From: Azolla caroliniana
Lineage: Eukaryota; Plantae; Polypodiophyta
DNA: 64,000 nt
Reading direction: 5' to 3'
Assembly (NCBI GenBank): GCA_043228905.1
Contig: JBHGNT010000043.1
Span: 124,001-188,000, forward strand
The position numbers and the translations under genes were made by a program. Below are positions 13,823-27,099 of this stretch, in pieces (positions within the stretch are counted from its first letter, which is position 1; each line of letters starts with the position of its first letter). A model generated the notes under the pieces. It saw only the letters and a program-made list of their open reading frames with translations, was not told the DNA's origin and ran no database searches.

Positions 13823-16800
13823 AGCGTTGTTAGCTTCGATTCAGAGGTTTGAACACTAAAATCCGATATCACACGAGCCACATATGAACATTTTAATTTA
13901 CTCACGCGCTCTTCTCAACCACCTCCTCAAATTTGGTAATTTCGTCATGTCTCTCGACCTGAGTTTCAAAATCTTGATTTTTTAATTCCATATCATAGGT
14001 AGCGTTGTTAGTTTCGATTCGCATGTTTGAACACAAAAATCCGACATCACACGAGCCAGGTATCAACATTTTAATTTAGCTACTAGCTCTTCTCAACCAC
14101 CTCCTCAAATTTGGTAATTTCGTCATGTCTCTCGACCTGAGTTTCAAAATCTTGATTTTCTAATTCCATATCATAGCTAGCGTTGTTAGCTTCGATTCGG
14201 AGGTTTGAACACTAAAATCCGATATCACACGAGCCACATATGAACATTTTAATTTACTCACGCGCTCTTCTCAACCACCTCCTCAAATTTGGTAATTTCG
14301 TCATGTCTCTCGACCTGAGTTTCAAAATCTTGATTTTTTAATTCCATATCATAGGTAGCGTTGTTAGTTTTGATTCGCATGTTTGAACACAAAAATCCGA
14401 TATCACACGAGCCAGGTATCAACATTTTAATTTAGCTACTAGCTCTTCTCAACCACCTCCTCAAATTTGGTAATTTCTTCATGTCTCTCGACCTGAGTTT
14501 CAAAATCTTGGTTTTTTAATTCTATATCATAGCTAGCGTTGTTAGCTTCGATTCGGAGGTTTGAACACTAAAATCCGATATCACACGAGCCACGTATGAA
14601 CATTTTAATTTACTCACGCGCTCTTCTCAACTCCCTCCTCAAATTTGCTAATTTCGTCATGTCTCTCTACCTGAGTTTCAAAATCTTGATTTTTTAATTC
14701 GATATCATAGCTAGCGTTGTTAGCTTCGATTTGCTTGTTTGAACACAGAAATCCGATATCACACGAGCCAGGTATCAACATTTTAATTTAGCTACTAGCT
14801 CTTCTCAACAACCTCCTCAAATTTGGTAATTTCCTCATGTCTCTCGACCTGAGTTTCAAAATCTTCATTTTTTCATTCCATATCATAGCTAGCGTTGTTA
14901 GTTTCGATTTGCATGTTTGAACAAAGAAATTCGATATCACACGAGCCACGTATGAACATTTTAATTTAGCGACTAGCTGTTTTGAACTCCCTCCTCAAAT
15001 TTGGTAATTTCTTCATGTCTCTCGACCTGAGTTTCAAAATCTTGATTTTTTAATTCTATATCATAGCTAGCGTTGTTAGCTTCGATTCGCATGTTTGAAC
15101 ACAAAAATCCGATATCACACGAGCCACGTATGAACATTTTAATTTACTCACGCGCTCTTCTCAACTCCCTCCTCAAATTTGCTAATTTCGTCATGTCTCT
15201 CTACCTGAGTTTCAAAATTTTGATTTTTTAATTCGATATCATAGCTAGCGTTGTTAGTTTCGATTTGCATGTTTGAACACTAAAATCCGATATCACACGA
15301 GCCACGTATGAACATTTTAATTTACTCACGCGCTCTTCTCAACTCCCTCCTCAAATTTGCTAATTTCGTCATGTCTCTCTACCTGAGTTTCAAAATCTTG
15401 ATTTTTTAATTCGATATCATAGCTAGCGTTGTTAGCTTCGATTTGCTTGTTTGAACACAGAAATCCGATATCACACGAGCCAGGTATCAACATTTTAATT
15501 TAGCTACTAGCTCTTCTCAACAACCTCCTCAAATTTGGTAATTTCCTCATGTCTCTCGACCTGAGTTTCAAAATCTTCATTTTTTAATTCCATATCATAG
15601 CTAGCGTTGTTAGTTTCGATTTGCATGTTTGAACAAAGAAATTCGATATCACACGAGCCACGTATGAACATTTTAATTTAGCTACTAGCTGTTTTGAACT
15701 CCCTCCTCAAATTTGGTAATTTCTTCATGTCTCTCGACCTGAGTTTCAAAATCTTGATTTTTTAATTCTATATCATAGCTAGCGTTGTTAGCTTCGATTC
15801 GCATGTTTGAACACAAAAATCCGATATCACACGAGCCACGTATGAACATTTTAATTTACTCACGCGCTCTTCTCAACTCCCTCCTCAAATTTGCTAATTT
15901 CGTCATGTCTCTCTACCTGAGTTTCAAAATTTTGATTTTTTAATTCGATATCATAGCTAGCGTTGTTAGTTTCGATTTGCATGTTTGAACACAAAAATCC
16001 GATATCACACGAGCCACGTATGAAAATTTTAATTTACTCACGCGCTCTTCTCAACTCCCTCCTCAAATTTGCTAATTTCGTCATGTCTCTCGACCTGAGT
16101 TTCAAAATCTTGATTTTTTAATTCCATATCATAGGTAGCGTTGTCAGTTTTGATTCGGATGTTTGAACACGAAAATCCGATATCACACGAGCCACGTATG
16201 AAAATTTTAATTTGGCTACTAGCTCTTCTCAACCACCTCCTCAAATTTGGTAATTTCGTCATGTCTCTCGACCTGAGTTTCAAAATCTTGATTTTTTAAA
16301 TCCATTTCATAGCTAGCGTTGTTAGCTTCGATTCAGAGGTTTGAACACTAAAATCCGATATCACACGAGCCACATATGAACATTTTAATTTACTCACGCG
16401 CTCTTCTCAACCACCTCCTCAAATTTGGTAATTTCGTCATGTCTCTCGACCTGAGTTTCAAAATCTTGATTTTTTAATTCCATATCATAGGTAGCGTTGT
16501 TAGTTTCGATTCGCATGTTTGAACACAAAAATCCGATATCACACGAGCCAGGTATCAACATTTTAATTTAGCTACTAGCTCTTCTCAACCACCTCCTCAA
16601 ATTTGGTAATTTCTTCATGTCTCTTGACCTGAGTTTCAAAATCTTGGTTTTTTAATTCTATATCATAGCTAGCGTTGTTAGCTTCGATTCGGAGGTTTGA
16701 ACACTAAAATCCGACATCACACGAGCCACATATGAATATTTTAATTTACTCACGCGCTCTTCTCAACTCCCTCCTCAAATTTGCTAATTTCGTCATGTCT

Positions 16801-17799
16801 CTCTACCTGAGTTTCAAAATCTTGATTTTTTAATTCCATATCATAGGTAGCGTTGTTAGTTTCGATTCGCATGTTTGAACACAAAAATACGATATCACAC
16901 GAGCCACGTATGAAAATTTTAATTTGGCTACTAGCTCTTCTCAACCACCTCCTCAAATTTAGTAATTTCGTCATGTCTCTCGACCTGAGTTTCAAAATCT
17001 TGATTTTTTAATTCTATATCATAGCTAGCGTTGTTAGCATTCGATTCGGAGGTTTGAACACTAAAATCCGATATCACACGAGCCACATATGAACATTTTA
17101 ATTTACTCACGCGCTCTTCTCAACTCCCTCCTCAAATTTGCTAATTTCGTCATGTCTCTCGACCTGAGTTTCAAAATCTTGATTTTTTAATTCCATATCA
17201 TAGGTAGCGTTGTCAGTTTCGATTCGGATGTTTGAACACGAAAATCCGAGATCACACGAGCCACGTATGAAAATTTTAATTTGGCTACTAGCTCTTCTCA
17301 ACCACCTCCTCAAATTTAGTAATTTCGTCATGTCTCTCGACCTGAGTTTCAAAATCTTGATTTTTTAATTCTATATCATAGCTAGCGTTGTTAGCTTCGA
17401 TTCGGAGTTTTGAACACTAAAATCCGATATCACACGAGCCACATATGAACATTTTAATTTACTCACGCGCTCTTCTCAACTCCCTCCTCAAATTTGCTAA
17501 TTTCGTCATGTCTCTCGACCTGAGTTTCAAAATCTTGATTTTTTAATTCCATATCATAGGTAGCGTTGTCAGTTTCGATTCGGATGTTTGAACACGAAAA
17601 TCCGATATCACACGAGCCACGTATGAAAATTTTAATTTGGCTACTAGCTCTTCTCAACCACCTCCTCAAATTTGGTAATTTCGTCATGTCTCTCGACCTG
17701 AGTTTCAAAATCTTGATTTTTTAAATCCATTTCATAGCTAGCGTTGTTAGCTTCGATTCAGAGGTTTGAACACTAAAATCCGATATCACACGAGCCACA

Positions 17800-18960
17800 T
17801 ATGAACATTTTAATTTACTCACGCGCTCTTCTCAACCACCTCCTCAAATTTGGTAATTTCGTCATGTCTCTCGACCTGAGTTTCAAAATCTTGATTTTTT
17901 AATTCCATATCATAGGTAGCGTTGTTAGTTTCGATTCGCATGTTTGAACACAAAAATCCGATATCACACGAGCCAGGTATCAACATTTTAATTTAGCTAC
18001 TAGCTCTTCTCAACCACCTCCTCAAATTTGGTAATTTCGTCATGTCTCTCGACCTGAGTTTCAAAATCTTGATTTTTTAATTCCATATCATAGGTAGCGT
18101 TGTTAGTTTCGATTCGCATGTTTGAACACAAAAATCCGATATCACACGAGCCAGGTATCAACAGTTTCAAAATCTTGGTTTTTTAATTCTATATCATAGC
18201 TAGCGTTGTTAGCTTCGATTCGCATGTTTGAACACTAAAATCCGATATCACACGAACCACGTATGAACATTTTAATTTACTCACGCGCTCTTCTCAACCA
18301 CCTCCTCAAATTTGGTAATTTCGTCATGTCTCTCGACCTGAGTTTCAAAATCTTGATTTTTTAATTCCATATCATAGGTAGCGTTGTTAGTTTCGATTCG
18401 CATGTTTGAACACAAAAATCCGATATCACACGAGCCAGGTATCAACATTTTAATTTAGCTACTAGCTCTTCTCAACCACCTCCTCAAATTTGGTAATTTC
18501 GTCATGTCTCTCGACCTGAGTTTCAAAATCTTGATTTTTTAATTCCATATCATAGGTAGCGTTGTTAGTTTCGATTCGCATGTTTGAACACAAAAATCCG
18601 ATATCACACGAGCCAGGTATCAACAGTTTCAAAATCTTGGTTTTTTAATTCTATATCATAGCTAGCGTTGTTAGCTTCGATTCGCATGTTTGAACACTAA
18701 AATCCGATATCACACGAGCCACGTATGAACATTTTAATTTACTCACGCGCTCTTCTCAACCACCTCCTCAAATTTGGTAATTTCGTCATGTCTCTCGACC
18801 TGAGTTTCAAAATCTTGATTTTTTAATTCCATATCATAGGTAGCGTTGTTAGTTTCGATTCGCATGTTTGAACACAAAAATCCGATATCACACGAGCCAG
18901 GTATCAACATTTTAATTTAGCTACTAGCTCTTCTCAACCACCTCCTCAAATTTGGTAATT
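17800..18960. repeat. 462-bp tandem duplication (3x178-72) carrying a 72-bp-deleted monomer twice
   Basis: Identical junction GGTATCAACA|GTTTCAAAATC at 18163/18164 and 18625/18626; ORF spacing 17463->19989 = 15x178-144. Confidence 0.95.
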
Positions 18961-19699
18961 TCTTCATTGCTCTCGACCTGAGTTTCAAAATCTTGGTTTT
19001 TTAATTCTATATCATAGCTAGCGTTGTTAGCTTCGATTCGCATGTTTGAACACAAAAATCCGATATCACACGAGCCACGTATGAACATTTTAATTTACTC
19101 ACGCGCTCTTCTCAACTCCCTCCTCAAATTTACTAATTTCGTCATGTATCTCTACCTGAGTTTCAAAATCTTAATTTTTTAATTCCATATCATAGCTAGC
19201 GTTGTTAGTTTCGATTTGCATGTTTGAACACAAAAATACGATATCACACGAGCCACGTATGAAAATTTTAATTTGGCTACTAGCTCTTCTCAACCACCTC
19301 CTCAAATTTAGTAATTTCGTCATGTCTCTCGACCTGAGTTTCAAAATCTTGATTTTTTAATTCTATATCATAGCTAGCGTTGTTAGCTTCGATTCGGAGG
19401 TTTGAACACTAAAATCCGATATCACACGAGCCACATATGAACATTTTAATTTACTCACGCGCTCTTCTCAACCACCTCCTCAAATTTGGTAATTTCGTCA
19501 TGTCTCTCGACCTGAGTTTCAAAATCTTGATTTTCTAAATCCATATCATAGCTAGCGTTGTTAGCTTCGATTCAGAGGTTTGAACACTAAAATCCGATAT
19601 CACACGAGCCACATATGAACATTTTAATTTACTCACGCGCTCTTCTCAACCACCTCCTCAAATTTGGTAATTTCGTCATGTCTCTCGACCTGAGTTTCA

Positions 19700-20770
19700 A
19701 AATCTTGATTTTTTAATTCCATATCATAGCTAGCGTTGTTAGCTTCGATTCGGAGGTTTGAACACTAAAATCCGATATCACACGAGCCACGTATGAACAT
19801 TTTAATTTACTCACGCGCTCTTCTCAACCACCTCCTCAAATTTGGTAATTTCTTCATGTCTCTTGACCTGAGTTTCAAAATCTTGATTTTTTAATTCGAT
19901 ATCATAGCTAGCGTTGTTAGTTTCGATTTGCATGTTTGAACACAAAAATCCGATATCACACGAGCCACGTATGAGAATTTTAATTTACTCACGCGCTCTT
20001 CTCAACTCCCTCCTCAAATTTGCTAATTTCGTCATGTCTCTCGACCTGAGTTTCAAAATCTTGATTTTTTAATTCCATATCATAGGTAGCGTTGTCAGTT
20101 TCGATTCGGATGTTTGAACACGAAAATCCGATATCACACGAGCCACGTATGAAAATTTTAATTTGGCTACTAGCTCTTCTCAACCACCTCCTCAAATTTG
20201 GTAATTTCGTCATGTCTCTCGACCTGAGTTTCAAAATCTTGATTTTTTAATTCCATATCATAGCTAGCGTTGTTAGCTTCGATTCGGAGGTTTGAACACT
20301 AAAATCCGATATCACACGAGCCACGTATGAACATTTTAATTTACTCACGCGCTCTTCTCAACCACCTCCTCAAATTTGGTAATTTCTTCATGTCTCTTGA
20401 CCTGAGTTTCAAAATCTTGATTTTTTAATTCGATATCATAGCTAGCGTTGTTAGTTTCGATTTGCATGTTTGAACACAAAAATCCGATATCACACGAGCC
20501 ACGTATGAGAATTTTAATTTACTCACGCGCTCTTCTCAACTCCCTCCTCAAATTTGCTAATTTCGTCATGTCTCTCGACCTGAGTTTCAAAATCTTGATT
20601 TTTTAATTCCATATCATAGGTAGCGTTGTCAGTTTCGATTCGGATGTTTGAACACGAAAATCCGATATCACACGAGCCACGTATGAAAATTTTAATTTGG
20701 CTACTAGCTCTTCTCAACCACCTCCTCAAATTTGGTAATTTCGTCATGTCTCTCGACCTGAGTTTCAAAA
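19700..20770. repeat. 3-monomer (534 bp) tandem duplication
   Basis: Rare ATGAGAATT at ~19971 and ~20505; ORFs 19989/20523. Confidence 0.88.
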
Positions 20771-23700
20771 TCTTCATTTTTTAAATCCATTTCATAGCTA
20801 GCGTTGTTAGCTTCGATTCAGAGGTTTGAACACTAAAATCCGATATCACACGAGCCACATATGAACATTTTAATTTACTCACGCGCTCTTCTCAACCACC
20901 TCCTCAAATTTGGTAATTTCGTCATGTCTCTCGACCTGAGTTTCAAAATCTTGATTTTTTAATTCCATATCATAGGTAGCGTTGTTAGTTTCGATTCGCA
21001 TGTTTGAACACAAAAATCCGATATCACACGAGCCAGGTATCAACATTTTAATTTAGCTACTAGCTCTTCTCAACCACCTCCTCAAATTTGGTAATTTCTT
21101 CATGTCTCTCGACCTGAGTTTCAAAATCTTGGTTTTTTAATTCTATATCATAGCTAGCGTTGTTAGCTTCGATTCGGAGGTTTGAACACTAAAATCCGAT
21201 ATCACACGAGCCACATATGAACATTTTAATTTACTCACGCGCTCTTCTCAACCACCTCCTCAAATTTGGTAATTTCGTCATGTCTCTCGACCTGAGTTTC
21301 AAAATCTTGATTTTTTAATTCGATATCATAGCTAGCGTTGTTAGCTTCGATTTGCTTGTTTGAACACAGAAATCCGATATCACACGAGCCAGGTATCAAC
21401 ATTTTAATTTAGCTACTAGCTCTTCTCAACAACCTCCTCAAATTTGGTAATTTCCTCATGTCTCTCGACCTGAGTTTCAAAATCTTCATTTTTTCATTCC
21501 ATATCATAGCTAGCGTTGTTAGTTTCGATTTGCATGTTTGAACAAAGAAATTCGATATCACACGAGCCACGTATGAACATTTTAATTTAGCTACTAGCTG
21601 TTTTGAACTCCCTCCTCAAATTTGGTAATTTCTTCATGTCTCTCGACCTGAGTTTCAAAATCTTGATTTTTTAATTCTATATCATAGCTAGCGTTGTTAG
21701 CTTCGATTCGCATGTTTGAACACAAAAATCCGATATCACACGAGCCACGTATGAACATTTTAATTTACTCACGCGCTCTTCTCAACTCCCTCCTCAAATT
21801 TGCTAATTTCGTCATGTCTCTCTACCTGAGTTTCAAAATTTTGATTTTTTAATTCGATATCATAGCTAGCGTTGTTAGTTTCGATTTGCATGTTTGAACA
21901 CAAAAATCCGATATCACACGAGCCACGTATGAAAATTTTAATTTACTCACGCGCTCTTCTCAACTCCCTCCTCAAATTTGCTAATTTCGTCATGTCTCTC
22001 GACCTGAGTTTCAAAATCTTGATTTTTTAATTCCATATCATAGGTAGCGTTGTCAGTTTTGATTCGGATGTTTGAACACGAAAATCCGATATCACACGAG
22101 CCACGTATGAAAATTTTAATTTGGCTACTAGCTCTTCTCAACCACCTCCTCAAATTTGGTAATTTCGTCATGTCTCTCGACCTGAGTTTCAAATTTTGAT
22201 TTTTTAAATCCATTTCATAGCTAGCGTTGTTAGCTTCGATTCAGAGGTTTGAACACTAAAATCCGATATCACACGAGCCACATATGAACATTTTAATTTA
22301 CTCACGCGCTCTTCTCAACCACCTCCTCAAATTTGGTAATTTCGTCATGTCTCTCGACCTGAGTTTCAAAATCTTGATTTTTTAATTCCATATCATAGGT
22401 AGCGTTGTTAGTTTCGATTCGCATGTTTGAACACAAAAATCCGATATCACACGAGCCAGGTATCAACATTTTAATTTAGCTACTAGCTCTTCTCAACCAC
22501 CTCCTCAAATTTGGTAATTTCTTCATGTCTCTTGACCTGAGTTTCAAAATCTTGGTTTTTTAATTCTATATCATAGCTAGCGTTGTTAGCTTCGATTCGG
22601 AGGTTTGAACACTAAAATCCGACATCACACGAGCCACATATGAATATTTTAATTTACTCACGCGCTCTTCTCAACTCCCTCCTCAAATTTACTAATTTCG
22701 TCATGTATCTCTACCTGAGTTTCAAAATCTTAATTTTTTAATTCCATATCATAGCTAGCGTTGTTAGTTTCGATTTGCATGTTTGAACACAAAAATACGA
22801 TATCACACGAGCCACGTATGAAAATTTTAATTTGGCTACTAGCTCTTCTCAACCACCTCCTCAAATTTAGTAATTTCGTCATGTCTCTCGACCTGAGTTT
22901 CAAAATCTTGATTTTTTAATTCTATATCATAGCTAGCGTTGTTAGCTTCGATTCGGAGGTTTGAACACTAAAATCCGATATGACACGAGCCACATATGAA
23001 CATTTTAATTTACTCACGCGCTCTTCTCAACCACCTCCTTAAATTTGGTAATTTCGTCATGTCTCTCGACCTGAGTTTCACAATGTTGATTTTTTAATTC
23101 CATATCATAGGTAGCGTTGTTAGTTTCGATTTGCTTGTTTGAACACAAAAATCCGATATCACACGAGCCACATATGAACATTTTAATTTAGCTACTAGCT
23201 CTTCTCAACCACCTCCTCAAATTTGGTAATTTCTTCATGTCTCTTGACCTGAGTTTAAAAATCTTGGTTTTTTAATTCTATATCATAGCTAGCGTTGTTA
23301 GCTTCGATTCGCATGTTTGAACACAAAAATCCGATATCACACGAGCCACGTATGAACATTTTAATTTACTCACGCGCTCTTCTCAACTCCCTCCTCAAAT
23401 TTGCTAATTTCGTCATGTATCTCTACCTGAGTTTCAAAATCTTAATTTTTTAATTCCATATCATAGCTAGCGTTGTTAGTTTCGATTTGCATGTTTGAAC
23501 ACAAAAATACGATATCACACGAGCCACGTATGAAAATTTTAATTTGGCTACTAGCTCTTCTCAACCACCTCCTCAAATTTAGTAATTTCGTCATGTCTCT
23601 CGACCTGAGTTTCAAAATCTTGATTTTTTAATTCTATATCATAGCTAGCGTTGTTAGCTTCGATTCGGAGGTTTGAACACTAAAATCCGATATCACACGA

Positions 23701-26700
23701 GCCACATATGAACATTTTAATTTACTCACGCGCTCTTCTCAACTCCCTCCTCAAATTTGCTAATTTCGTCATGTCTCTCGACCTGAGTTTCAAAATCTTG
23801 ATTTTTTAATTCCATATCATAGGTAGCGTTGTCAGTTTCGATTCGGATGTTTGAACACGAAAATCCGATATCACACGAGCCACGTATGAAAATTTTAATT
23901 TGGCTACTAGCTCTTCTCAACCACCTCCTCAAATTTGGTAATTTCGTCATGTCTCTCGACCTGAGTTTCAAAATCTTGATTTTTTAAATCCATTTCATAG
24001 CTAGCGTTGTTAGCTTCGATTCAGAGGTTTGAACACTAAAATCCGATATCACACGAGCCACATATGAACATTTTAATTTACTCACGCGCTCTTCTCAACC
24101 ACCTCCTCAAATTTGGTAATTTCGTCATGTCTCTCGACCTGAGTTTCAAAATCTTGATTTTTTAATTCCATATCATAGGTAGCGTTGTTAGTTTCGATTC
24201 GCATGTTTGAACACAAAAATCCGATATCACACGAGCCAGGTATCAACATTTTAATTTAGCTACTAGCTCTTCTCAACCACCTCCTCAAATTTGGTAATTT
24301 CTTCATGTCTCTTGACCTGAGTTTCAAAATCTTGGTTTTTTAATTCTATATCATAGCTAGCGTTGTTAGCTTCGATTCGCATGTTTGAACACAAAAATCC
24401 GATATCACACGAGCCACGTATGAACATTTTAATTTACTCACGCGCTCTTCTCAACTCCCTCCTCAAATTTGCTAATTTCGTCATGTATCTCTACCTGAGT
24501 TTCAAAATCTTAATTTTTTAATTCCATATCATAGCTAGCGTTGTTAGTTTCGATTTGCATGTTTGAACACAAAAATACGATATCACACGAGCCACGTATG
24601 AAAATTTTAATTTGGCTACTAGCTCTTCTCAACCACCTCCTCAAATTTAGTAATTTCGTCATGTCTCTCGACCTGAGTTTCAAAATCTTGATTTTTTAAT
24701 TCTATATCATAGCTAGCGTTGTTAGCTTCGATTCGGAGGTTTGAACACTAAAATCCGATATCACACGAGCCACATATGAACATTTTAATTTACTCACGCG
24801 CTCTTCTCAACCACCTCCTCAAATTTGGTAATTTCGTCATGTCTCTCGACCTGAGTTTCAAAATCTTAATTTTTTAATTCCATTTCATAGCTAGCGTTGT
24901 TAGCTTCGATTCAGAGGTTTGAACACTAAAATCCGATATCACACGAGCCACGTATGAACATTTTAATTTACTCACGCGCTCTTCTCAACCACCTCCTCAA
25001 ATTTGGTAATTTCTTCATGTCTCTTGACCTGAGTTTCAAAATCTTGATTTTTTAAATCCATATCATAGCTAGCGTTGTTAGCTTCGATTCGGAGGTTTGA
25101 ACACTAAAATCCGATATCACACGAGCCACATATGAACATTTTAATTTAGCTACTAGCTCTTCTCAACAACCTCCTCAAATTTGGTAATTTCGTCATGTCT
25201 CTCGACCTGAGTTTCAAAATCTTGATTTTTTAAATCCATATCATAGCTAGCGTTGTTAGCTTCGATTCGGAGGTTTGAACACTAAAATCCGATATGACAC
25301 GAGCCACATATGAACACTTTAATTTACTCACGCGCTCTTCTCAACCACCTCCTCAAATTTGGTAATTTCGTCATGTCTCTCGACCTGAGTTTCAAATTCT
25401 TGATTTTTTAAATCAATATCATAGCTAGCGTTGTTAGTTTCGATTCGGATGTTTGAACACGAAAATCCGATATCACACGAGCCACGTATGAAAATTTTAA
25501 TTTGGCTACTAGCTCTTCTCAACCACCTCCTCAAATTTGGTAATTTCTTCATGTCTCTTGACCTGAGTTTCAAAATCTTGGTTTTTTAATTCTATATCAT
25601 AGCTAGCGTTGTTAGCTTCGATTCGGAGGTTTGAACACTAAAATCCGATATCACACGAGCCACATATGAACATTTTAATTTACTCACGCGCTCTTCTCAA
25701 CCACCTCCTCAAATTTGGTAATTTCTTCATGTCTCTTGACCTGAGTTTCAAAATCTTGATTTTTTAAATCCATTTCATAGCTAGCGTTGTTAGCTTCGAT
25801 TTGCATGTTTGAACACAAAAATCCGATATCACACGAGCCACGTATGAGAATTTTAATTTACTCACGCGCTCTTCTCAACTCCCTCCTCAAATTTGCTAGT
25901 TTCGTCATGTCTCTCGACCTGAGTTTCAAAATCTTGATTTTTTAATTCCATATCATAGGTAGCGTTGTCAGTTTCGATTCGGATGTTTGAACACGAAAAT
26001 CCGATATCACACGAGCCACGTATGAAAATTTTAATTTGGCTACTAGCTCTTCTCAACCACCTCCTCAAATTTGGTAATTTCGTCATGTCTCTCGACCTGA
26101 GTTTCAAAATCTTCATTTTTTAAATCCATTTCATAGCTAGCGTTGTTAGCTTCGATTCAGAGGTTTGAACACTAAAATCCGATATCACACGAGCCACATA
26201 TGAACATTTTAATTTACTCACGCGCTCTTCTCAACCACCTCCTCAAATTTGGTAATTTCGTCATGTCTCTCGACCTGAGTTTCAAAATCTTGATTTTTTA
26301 ATTCCATATCATAGGTAGCGTTGTTAGTTTCGATTCGCATGTTTGAACACAAAAATCCGATATCACACGAGCCAGGTATCAAAATTTTAATTTAGCTACT
26401 AGCTCTTCTCAACCACCTCCTCAAATTTGGTAATTTCTTCATGTCTCTCGACCTGAGTTTCAAAATCTTGGTTTTTTAATTCTATATCATAGCTAGCGTT
26501 GTTAGCTTCGATTCGGAGGTTTGAACACTAAAATCCGATATCACACGAGCCACGTATGAACATTTTAATTTACTCACGCGCTCTTCTCAACTCCCTCCTC
26601 AAATTTGCTAATTTCGTCATGTCTCTCTACCTGAGTTTCAAAATCTTGATTTTTTAATTCGATATCATAGCTAGCGTTGTTAGCTTCGATTTGCTTGTTT

Positions 26701-27099
26701 GAACACAGAAATCCGATATCACACGAGCCAGGTATCAACATTTTAATTTAGCTACTAGCTCTTCTCAACAACCTCCTCAAATTTGGTAATTTCCTCATGT
26801 CTCTCGACCTGAGTTACAAAATCTTCATTTTTTCATTCCATATCATAGCTAGCGTTGTTAGTTTCGATTTGCATGTTTGAACAAAGAAATTCGATATCAC
26901 ACGAGCCACGTATGAACATTTTAATTTAGCTACTAGCTGTTTTGAACTCCCTCCTCAAATTTGGTAATTTCTTCATGTCTCTCGACCTGAGTTTCAAAAT
27001 CTTGATTTTTTAATTCTATATCATAGCTAGCGTTGTTAGCTTCGATTCGCATGTTTGAACACAAAAATCCGATATCACACGAGCCACGTATGAACATTT

